A DNA stretch of 64,000 bases from Rhizodiscina lignyota (lineage: Eukaryota). A program made the translations under genes and the position numbers. The first letter of the stretch is position 1; each line of letters begins with the position of its first letter. Shown one piece after another: positions 26,363 to 36,492 of the stretch. The notes under the pieces are model-generated. The model saw nothing but the letters and a program-made list of their open reading frames with translations. It did no database searches and was not told where the DNA came from. The stretch spans positions 124,001-188,000 of the forward strand of contig ML978128.1 in NCBI GenBank assembly GCA_010015805.1, written 5' to 3'.

Positions 26363-26844
26363 TTACAGCTTGCTGATGAAGAGTCTTGCGGCCCGTGTAC
26401 GCACCGTCTTGGGCAGGACATATTTCGAGAAAAGGTAGATGAGAGTCGGAAGGCAGATGAAGGCAACTGTAACCTCGTTCATGAAGTAGAACGGGACGAG
26501 TTGGGGCATGGCAGCCTTCAGGATGACCTGTAGTTCTCCCAATTAGCTTTCCAGCATACTCGGAGCTGGCTCCATAGGTGCACGGGAGGTCATACCGATG
26601 TATTGAGCTCGCTCTCTTGGCTCTGACCGGTGGTCTGCTGTCTTCCCTCCTTGCGGATCTGTCCGAGTTTCTGGACTTGCGCGTTGATGGATGGAGTGAA
26701 CGGGGCGACATTGCGCTTGGTGGTGAAAGTGGCAATCGCAGCCGGCCTGACAGCAGGCGAGGAGCGCACAATCGATTGTGCGAGAAGGGGCTGGCGCTGT
26801 TGCAGCGACCGAGCAAGCGGTCGGAGGAGTCGGGCGGAAGACAT
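26363..26844 (-). CDS. ATP8: Nuclear-encoded ATP synthase subunit 8 with N-terminal mitochondrial targeting extension, 2 exons, 137 aa
   Basis: Exon 1 26844-26596 (83 codons). Intron 26595-26528 (GTATGA...GCTAAT...CAG, phase 0). Exon 2 26527-26363 reads VILKAA-MPQLVPFYFMNEVTVAFICLPTLIYLFSKYVLPKTVRTRAARLFISKL*, the 48-aa fungal Atp8. Confidence 0.92.
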
Positions 26845-27220
26845 GCTGGGTGCTGTTGTGAGAGCGATTGTGTCAGCGGGGAGCTTTGCCGGTTATGCTG
26901 TGATCGTAGGAAGGAGAATACATACAGCTGGGAGCTTCACAAGCGTGTCGGAGATGGCAAACGGACCAATTGAGATGGATTCTTGTGGTGGTGAAGCTGT
27001 TCGGGCTGCAGCACTGAGGTTCTGCGGAAGTGCCAAGGCTACGCGCGCGGCTATATCCTAACCCTGTCACTATTTTTAAGCGCGACAAACACGAAATCGC
27101 GTCGAGCTCTTGTTTGCGCGCAACAGCTTCCCTTCCAGCCTGCCTTTACCACCACAACCACACACCCAAAGGCAGCGCTGGCCAACCTGAGGTTGCTGCT
27201 TGATTCCACCGCAGCCCAGC

Positions 27221-30200
27221 ATGTCGTCATTGTTCGGGAACTTGGGCGGAAACGGCCAGAAGCCGAACTTGTTTTCAGGTCTTGGGGGGCAGTCAACGTC
27301 CGGTGCAACGACGAGTGGGCAAACAGGTCCCTCTCTCTTCGGCACCTCTACTGGAGCGAGCAATGCGACAAGCTCGGGTCCGAGCACTTTCTCGGGTTTC
27401 AACACCGGTGCGACTTCTACGAGCTTTGGTCCAAGCCTCCTCCCGCCCTCTCAGCCCGCTTCCACTGGCGGAGGACTCTTTGGAGGCTTGAACACGAAGG
27501 CTACTACTTCAACTGGCGGACCGAGTCTCTTTACAACGTCTCAGCCTACGACGACTAGTGCCCCGAGTGGTGGCTTGTTCATTGGTGGCTTAGGTGGCCT
27601 GGGCACCACCACTGCTGCGACTTCATCAAGCACGCAACCCACCCAAACCGGATCGCTGCTTGGTGGATCAGTGTTTGGGGCTCCACAAAAGCCTCAACAG
27701 GGTCAGCAGCAGGGACACCCTCAGCAGTCAGGCCATTCTTCGCAGCAGCAACCATCGCAACTCGTTCAGGAGGCCATTAATGACCCAAACGCGTCCAAAC
27801 CTGTCCAGTCAGCCTACTTCGATCATTTGCTGGAGCGTGGAAAGAAGAGGAACAATGAGAAGAATGGGACATCGCAGCTCGGTGAGCTGCCAAGCCTGCA
27901 ATTGGGCCTAGGAGATATTGCCCGGAAAGTTCGTAACTTGGGGACTGGTGGGCCTTCTGCTGCGCAAGCGCGTGGCACTGGCGACACAAAAGCGTACATT
28001 ATCCTAACCTTATGCTGTGTTTGAGACGGAAGTGGGCTGACAAGATCATGTAGTCATTACCTCCTTGCTGCTTCGGGTGTCAACACGGCGACGACGTTAC
28101 GTGACCTCAACAGTTTCACGGCGCAAGCTGGTGCAAGTGTTGCCCCGGCTTCTCGTCCCGAAGCCGTGGACACCGACCTGGATAACTATGTCGCGAGCTT
28201 GAGAAATCAGTCCACCCTCGATCTGATCGCCGAAGGACTAGAGCAGTCGAAGAGGGATTTCGATGCATTCTTGGAAGAGAGCGTGCAACTTGAGTGGGAC
28301 CAGCAAAGGAGAAGAATCTACGAACATTTTGGCCTAGCTAGAAAAGACGACAATCTTGGCGGAAGTGTCGACGGCGGAGCTACCGGCGATGATCGAGGTG
28401 CGTTTGGGAGATCGTCGAGGAGAGGCCGTGGCTTGGGCAAGTCATCACTTGCTACAAGCATGGCATTGGGCGCATCTGGTATGACCCGATCAGTCATTGG
28501 TGCTCCCCAAGCAGGCAATGGACGAGCTAGCATGTTTGGCGAGTCGCCAGAGAAGACGACCCCGACTAGTACTCAGGGGGGTGTAGCAGATCGCTTCCAA
28601 AGGGATCGCCAAGAGAAATTGGCCGAGGAAGTCAAGAACCTCAATGCTGCCCGTATAAGAAAGACAACATTTCCCGTCTTGCACCGATTTGCGGAAATTG
28701 AGAAAGAGGCTGGCGTTGACAATGTACAACCACTTGTCGACTCGTACAAGGCGGTTATTGCCATCACTGGAGAGAAGTCGAACGTCGCTCGCTTATCTGA
28801 GCCTGGAGTTCTTCATGAGAGGAGCTACAGGCTGGAATATCGCGAAGAGGGCGAGCGACCCAATTCTGACGAAGCCATCCGCCTACGCAAACGCATAATC
28901 AACGGCTCTCGCACCTTCCTCGAAAACCAATTCTTGGACCAACTCACCACTCTTGTCACTAAGAACCCTCGCGAAGCCCAGCTGGGTGGTGTACCCTCTG
29001 TTGTTGACAAGATCCGTGGCTTTGTGCGCATCCTTGAAGCTCGTAAGGAACTAGGCTGCGAAGTTACGAAACTTCAGCACCTAGGCAATGACTATGTGTT
29101 CGTCATACTATACTTCCTTCTCCGCTGCGGGCTCCTCGAGGATGCGAAGAAGTACATTGAGGAGCATAGGGTCGCTTTGGGTCGCATCGACAGGAACTTC
29201 AAGTCTTTCGTTGAGTGCTATTCGAAGGATCCGGACCGTCGTTTGCCACCTGAGTTGCAGCAACGGATCACGACAGAGTATCTCAGCCAGACAAAGGTTG
29301 TTGCCGACGACAATAGAGACCCATATAGGGTCGCATGCTACAAGATTCTGGGCCGCTGCGAGCTCTCCCGCCGCTCGCTTGATAACATTGGAGGTGGTTG
29401 GGAAGACTGGCTGTGGTTGCAATTCAGTCTTGCAAGGGAGCAGCCCCGTGCAGAGGCCAGTGCTGGTGAGACGTTCGGTCTCGAGCAACTCAGAGAGGTG
29501 GTTAGAGATATTGGCACAAGACATTTCCAAGTCGGCCAGAGCAGTGATATCGGTGGCTACGGGACTTACTTCTTCCTTCAAGTCTTGGTGGGCTTATGGG
29601 AGGGTGCGGTCAATTGGCTTTATCAGCACGATCTCATTGCTGCTGTGCACTTTGCCATCTCAATGGCGTACTATGGTCTTCTGAGGATTGCAGATTTCTC
29701 GGCGCCGCAGGAGCTGTGTAAGACTTTCTTTCTATCGTGCCATATAATAATGAACTGACAGCTCTACCAGTAACATATTCGACCCGCCAACTGCCGCAAC
29801 TCCATTTTGGCCTGATGATCGGCTACTATACCGCCTCCTTCCGTACAGCACGACCCCTGCATGCAGTCGACTACCTCACTCTAATTGCTCTCAATGCCGA
29901 CTTGGAAGGTGAAGCAGGCAAGCAGCAAGCCCAGCTGTGCTACGAAGCCCTCCGCGAACTCGTCCTCGAGACGCGCGAGTTTGCCGCGCTGCTTGGCGAC
30001 GTCTCAAGTGACGGGAAACCCGTCAAGGGCGCGATTGAGACCCACAAAGAGTTGCTGAAGTTGGATGATGAAGACGAGTTCTTGAGGACGATCACGTTAT
30101 ATGCCGCCGGCATGGCGCAAGAGGCCGGCCGAGTTACGGACGCAGTGCTACTGTTCCATCTTGCGGAACAGTATGACTCTGTTATTCAAGTCTGCAACAG

Positions 30201-30927
30201 GGCATTGTCCGAATCGATTGCAATCGAGCTAGGTCAGGAGCCAATGCGTTTGGAGCCTCTGAAGCCCGCATCACAGGCCAACGCGCAGAATGGCGTCAAG
30301 CAGCAGCAAGGCACGTCTGTCTCCTTGTCGCTCACGAGTATCGAAAATCCCGAGCAATTGTCCCGAGCGATGGCAAGAATCTACAACTCCAACGCTCTGG
30401 ACCTCCAGCGTATCAAACCGCAGAACCGCGAGACGTGCGAGAAGCTGGTAGCTATTGCCGAAGCGAAACGTCACGTTGAGTCGGGCCAGTGGTCGGACGC
30501 CTTGGAGTCCATCATGAGAGTGAACCTTCTCCCCCTGACGCTCGAGCCCAACTCATTCGTCATGCTCACAACAAACTCTGGGCAATCGACCGCCCTGACC
30601 CCTGTAACTTCCCCGCCGTCGAGCAACACGCCGTCCAACCTGCCTCTCATCCGCGACCGTGCGGCTGTCATGCAGGGCCTGCCACAGCCTCTCGCGCAGA
30701 CGGTGCCGGCGCTGCTACTCATGACGCTCACGGCGTTGAGCAGGTGGCGCGCAGAGTTGCAGTCAAGCCCGTTTACTGGGGGTAATGTGACTAAGCGGAC
30801 AAACATGAAGGCGTTGGGAGACGCGGCGAGGGATCTGATGGTCTTCGCGGGCTTGGTGAGGTACAAGCTCCCCGGAAGGGTGTTTGAGAGGCTGGGCGAG
30901 GTTGTGAGTGAGGATGGTGGGATGTAG
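27221..30927 (+). CDS. NIC96: Nucleoporin Nic96/Nup93 with FG-like N-terminal extension, 3 exons
   Basis: LPSLQLGLGDI, SKRDFDAFLEE, FLLRCG, DPYRVACYKILGRC, EDWLWLQ, LRELVLETREFAALLGD; introns near 27994-28053 and 29718-29770. Confidence 0.92.
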
Positions 30928-31596
30928 GAACTGCTAATGGCGTTTGATATTGTCGCGAGGAGCACTTTGCAAAACAGTGGAGCAAAAAAGTTGTGTTTTG
31001 GCAATAGATGGTCTCTGCGTGTAGCTTGAATGAGACGGGCAAAATACCAATAACAGGCTCGTTCAAGAACTTTCTCAGATTGTTTCTCCTAAAGAGTTGT
31101 CATGCATCTAAGCCAGCCATACTCTCGAAACAGAATTATGTCTGTCGCCATCAGCGCTCGTCATGAGAGCAGCCTTTAAACCTTTTCGTCAATCCAGTGA
31201 CGCAGTACGTTCTATAAGAGAGTAAATGGTGAACCTTCGCAGGCACGAAGCTGACTTCCTTCGCGATTAGAACTAGCCCATGCAGGGATTTCCCCATGGT
31301 GTCTCTGCTAGAAAGTTTTCTAAACCTAAAGAAAACCAGTCTTCTACGTTGCTTCTGAGTGTGTAAACTAAGGGACTGGTCGTTGTAATTTTGGGAAGAG
31401 GGGGCATGCACCAACTTCGTTTATGGTATATACATTCGTACCGTTACACGTGGCAACTCAGCCTTATGGATGCAGCCCAGCTTTCACGCAACTACGACCC
31501 CACCTCAAGTTTAACCTCGTGGCCGCCTAAGCCTGATTTCTCTGAATCAACAATAATCCTCAGATACTAATTTCTTTGGGTTCGGGACTTGGCTAC

Positions 31597-33302
31597 ATGG
31601 AGGACTTTGTGTACGAGCAGATTGACCTCAACACTCTTGGATTCCGACTCCTGCGCCTTCTCAAAGGTAACGGGTACGACGACCCTATCCAATGTGAGCT
31701 CCTCGCTGCCTTCCTAGACGAGGAGTATGTCCCCGATTATGAGGCGCTGTCATATACTTGGGGAGGAGAGGGGAAGCCATGCCATGTAGAAGTGGATGGA
31801 AAGACGATGGCGGTCACAGAGAATCTGGAGCTGGCCTTGCGACACTTGCGGTTGGAAACTCGAGATCGACTGCTGCGGGCCGATGCGATACGTATCAACC
31901 AGCGCGACAACAAAGAAAAAGGGCATCAAGTTGGCAATATGCAGCACATCTACAAAGCTGCGGTTAGAGTGATCGTTTGGTTAGGTCCTGCGACTTCTGA
32001 GACGGATTTCATTATGGATCAATTAAGGCAGCTCGGGATTGAAAGCAGAAACCAGCCGCGTATGATGTTGGACTTTGCGAAGGAACGAATACAAAAGCTC
32101 TGGCTCAGGGCGCAGCCAGCCACTCGTAGTGTTGGAGTCGTATCTGAACAGCGAAAGGGACTGGAGTTGCTTCTAGCGCGGCCTTGGTTTAGAAGAGTCT
32201 GGATTCTTCAAGAAGTCGCCAACTCCAGGTCTACCGAAGTCGTTTGCGGCAACATGACAGTCTCCGGGGAGATATTTGCGTTCGCTCCCTCTCTGGTTGG
32301 TGTCGACACCAGCATAAACTGCCAGGCCGTGCTGGATATCATGTCCCCAGCTTCACGCATCTGCTCTTGGTGGGCCCAAAAACGCATCTCCTCACTCTTC
32401 TGCAGAAGTTCGGCCAGAGCGAAGCGACTGACGAACGGGATCACATCTTTGCCTTGCTTAGTTTGTCAACGGACAGAAATATCTCGGAACACATAATAGC
32501 AGACTATGAGAGGTCTGTGGATGATGTTATCCACGACACAACCGTCTTTTTACTGGGAGTGGCCAAGAGTGTCCCCAGGCAGAGTCTGCCACGATGGGAC
32601 ATGTCATCTCTCTTAAACTTCCAAGGAGATCTTACAGTAGCCGGGTTTCGGCATAGGGCATTTTGGCGGGCAATATCTGACAACCGCGACGTCCCTGTGA
32701 AGGTGCTCATCGAGTCCATCAATATGGATTTTAATGAGAAAAACAACGAGGGCGAGACAGTACTACTATCGGCAGTAACTAGAGGCCACAAATCGGTTGT
32801 CGAGGCCCTCCTTGCGTTGCCCAAGGTCGAGATTCATTCACAAGACAATCAAGGTAGTTCACCACTGATGATTGCGATGCATAGTCGGGACACAGGGATT
32901 GTGAACCTTCTTCTCGAGCAAGACGACATAGACGTCAACTCGAGGGACGATGATGGCCGAACACCATTACACTTAGCGATAGTTATGTATCGTCATAAGG
33001 GAGCTATCAAGCTTCTTCTCGAACGAGACGACATAGACGTCAACTCGAGGGACAATGATGGCCAAACACCATTACACTTAGCGATACGTACACATTATGA
33101 TGATGAAGACGTTGTCAAGCTTCTTCTTGAACGAGACGGTATAGACGTCAACTCGAGGGACAATGACGGCCGAACACCATTGGAGTTGGCTGCATACGAG
33201 CACAAGGTGTGGATAGAGAACCTGCTGCGCAGCCGGATGAGAATTCCTACATCAGTTCCACATTGGCTTGTAGGATTTAAGGGATGGGGAATAGGATCGT
33301 GA
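31597..33302 (+). pseudogene. HET-domain (heterokaryon incompatibility) plus ankyrin-repeat gene with a frameshift
   Basis: YEALSYTWG, NLELALRHLR, HQVGNMQHIY, PWFRRVWILQEV in frame 1. ATDERDHIFALL and ankyrin repeats are in another frame; the shift is near 32383 with no intron signals. Confidence 0.75.
32907..33181 (+). repeat. Three near-identical ankyrin-coding DNA repeats (spacing 105 and 108 nt)
   Basis: GACGTCAACTCGAGGGAC(G/A)ATGA(T/C)GGCC(G/A)AACACCATT begins at 32931, 33036 and 33144. Confidence 0.9.
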
Positions 33303-36300
33303 CCAGGCACACAAAAGTCGCTACATCGGGCTGAAAGTAAAGTTCGTGGAGGAAGGGTCAGACAGAACATATACTACATGAAGTAGGCTTGTCTGTGAAT
33401 TTCCTTGTTACGTGTTTCTTAAACAAGTCAGCGTATTTGAATACATTTTGGGTTAAATGTTGGAGGAACAGCTTTACCTGGTCGCATACGATCAAGCATG
33501 TCAGCTGTAAATCAAAACTCCCAATCTATTCGAGCGTCTGTTTGAGACCCCTGCTCAGCAAGGTGATAATGTTGACAGTCGTGTATAAATTCCTCAACCC
33601 AATTCCAGTACTTGCCGCTCCCCCTAAGCCTCGTTCGGCATCCACTTGTGATGCACAAGGCTGCAAAAAAACAAAAAAAAAAAAAGGAGGGAGGAGACAA
33701 GCCCGCTAGTAGAGATAATGTTCCGTCATCGCTCAAAGAGACATTCTTTGACCTTGACAAAAAAAACTATAAGAAGACTCTTCCGAGCAGGGTATGAAAT
33801 CTGGTCAAGAAGGCCGTGGTAGCATTTGACGTGTTTTAATGAGAAAAATATTTATTTTTGGAGATCTTAGAGGGTTTAGAATCAAGAGAAGGTTCTGGCA
33901 GGAGCAGATATGTAGAAAGGTATGTGAAAGTCGGCCTCTGTTGTGTAGAAAACATTACTACTTACTCAGTCCGGAAACCTTGTTGCAGTTAAGTGAAATC
34001 TGTTTGAAACGGTTTGCGTCGATCGAATTAAGACACTATGAGAGCAAACGCCATCGGAGCTGGTCACTGCTCCTGAGGATTTGAATACCCGCAAACCTTG
34101 GCCCCAAAGACGGAAATGAGAAGAGAACTCTTAATTGTAGAATATACCTACGCGGTCGACTTCGTCATCAATGTTTACGCCGCGTTCAAATTGGCTCCGC
34201 AAGCCGCTTCGCGTCTAAGAAATAGTAGCGCGAATGGACAATGTTTGTGGAGTCGTGAACGAGTGATGGTCGCGTCGTAGCGCGTTATGGCGTCCAAACG
34301 GCGGCGGGAAGGCTTCCGCGCCGTCGATGACCTCCCATGCAAGGCCGATCTTCGACGTCCATTCTTCTGGTGAAGTGTTCTCGAAGTGTGACAGTTGAAC
34401 TCGGAGGAGGAGAGAAGCAGAGACGATAGCTACTGTTGGGGAAAAGTACGGAGTACTGTAGCACTTTTTCACTTTACGCGCCAACCATCTCCTAGCAGGG
34501 GTTCAGAACTTTTTTTCCTGCGCTGTGCTTCATTTTGAGGGGGGAGGCTGAAACGTGACTGCGGGCCGGCAGCAGCTGGGCCTTAACAACTTGAAAGCCA
34601 CAACCCCACAAGGACAGTTATCAGCTTATTGTTGCGGCCGGAGTGCGAAGGATTGCTGAAGGCTCGCTGACGATGCAGTAGCTGCTCAAATCCTGCGTCT
34701 GTTTGACATATCTGACGGCAAAGTCGCGCAAACTGGCTTCCGATCCCTACGACGATGGACATAAAATAATCTGATATACAGCGTCGAGGCCTTGTCAACG
34801 GCGCAGGCTTGCAAAGGCCGGCCGAAGCTTTAGGCTCGCACGAGGCGCTCAGGCGAGGCGGACCCGGTACCCGGACAATTGCGCTGGGATGCCTAGCGAT
34901 CACCCTTGCATGCGGCGCTGCGATGAGTTGTCAATTTGATCTCCGCTGTACAATTTATTAGGGTTGGCAAGCCCTGACCCTGAGAGAGTCGGCCGCTGCG
35001 GACGTTATCCGCCGATTTTTACTTTTCGTGATGAATCGGATACGGGGGCAAGTAGGCCGTAAATTGAGTTGGATTAACTTCTGACGGTCCGACGGACAAC
35101 GCATATGTACTCGGAGATACGGAGTGCCAGTTCTTTATTGGTGGTACGGCAGGACGGAGTATGTATTCTTACAGCAGAGCCGTGAAGCTCCTTTCGCCTA
35201 TCACTGGTTTAGCTTGGTTTGCCCATCCGGATGTCTCAGTGGAGAGATGGTTTGGGAGGGATGGATTTCACAAACGGCTAAAGAGCGACGTGTGTCGCCG
35301 CACAGCAGTGACGGAGTAGAAAGGCGTGGACGAATAGAGGAAAGAAGGGTCAATACTCTGTCTGGACTGGCTTCCGAAGTAATGCAGGTACCCGCGCCTG
35401 AGGTGCAGAGAGAGAGAGCTTGAGAACGTCGTCGTGTGCGGGCGGAGTTACTAGTTACTCTCGTGTCCGCTCCCGTTGTCCGCAGCGCGACGACATACGA
35501 GTGCATCCTCCGTAATTCCTCATCATTTCGCTCTGCACAGCTTTCGTCATTCACCGTTCAGTGATCGCGATCACGGCGGAGCCTTTTCGGCAGTGAGAAA
35601 TTTACCCCTGGCACATGCCACCCAGCGATCCCGTCACATGCCTGCATTGGCTAGCTGCTTAGGGGTAGGGGCTAATTTCCTCCATCCCTACCACCCATCG
35701 CAACCAATTTCCTCCGCCTCATCGATAGTCTCTACTCTCTCTCTGTCTTTGGATCTACACCGTCACTCGTTCAACTGCACTCTCTGAGAGACTCGCCGTT
35801 CTTTAACCTGCGCACCGCGTGCTGCATTTCACCGACAAGAACAACACAACACTACCCACGCGCGACGGAGTACCAGAGCATCTACGCGACTCGTGCTCCC
35901 CCAGTCCCCCTTTAAGAAACCCCGGAACCAAACACAAAAGTCCAAGCGCGGCCAAAAATCTACCACTCCTCGAACGACGCCTTCAACGATTTCTTTGCGG
36001 CCAGAGCCAGCAACATATTTCGAAACTCCTGCGAAACGACGCACCAGAACCGATATTCACTCGCATCACGGCGCGTCACCTGGCAAGACCTGATCTGTTG
36101 CACACTCCACAGGTGCTGCGAGTCAACTGCACCAGCCCAAGCTTCGAATGGTATTTTGGTAGTTCACTCGACCTGTCTACGCCAGAAGAGCACAAAGAAT
36201 TCAATTTCGACGCGACGACAATTGCTAGCAAGGCGCGTCTGCCTAGGACGGACCGCATCCACACGACGCGTCGCAACACACCACTTCTCCGCAAGAGCGT

Positions 36301-36492
36301 GCTCACACAGACATACTTCCTTCATCGTGTGTCTGCGACGCCTGGTCGTAAAATTTGGTGTTGGCGGTTGACCTCCGCCTACAGGACATCGTCGGTTGAT
36401 AGTCGTGGTGGAAATCCCCTTAAGCACACCCCTTCCCCTAAAATATATCTTATCAACTCATCGTACGTATGATTTTCGTCACTAATCTAGCC

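Noticed and set aside
26363..26509. atp8-like segment interpreted as a NUMT
   Set aside because: GC-rich nuclear codons, an in-frame spliced presequence and no flanking mtDNA-like AT-rich sequence.
33389..34100. AT-richer stretch with an A-run (about 33665-33685) after the HET-ankyrin gene, possible retroelement or RIP relic
   Set aside because: No transposon protein motifs, terminal repeats or TSD could be identified.
34958..35040. AACCCTAA (minus strand) plus a U-rich hairpin as a possible telomerase RNA template and pseudoknot
   Set aside because: The template-like motif and the U-rich stem are on opposite strands, and no A-rich triple-helix partner was found. A promoter motif explains it better.
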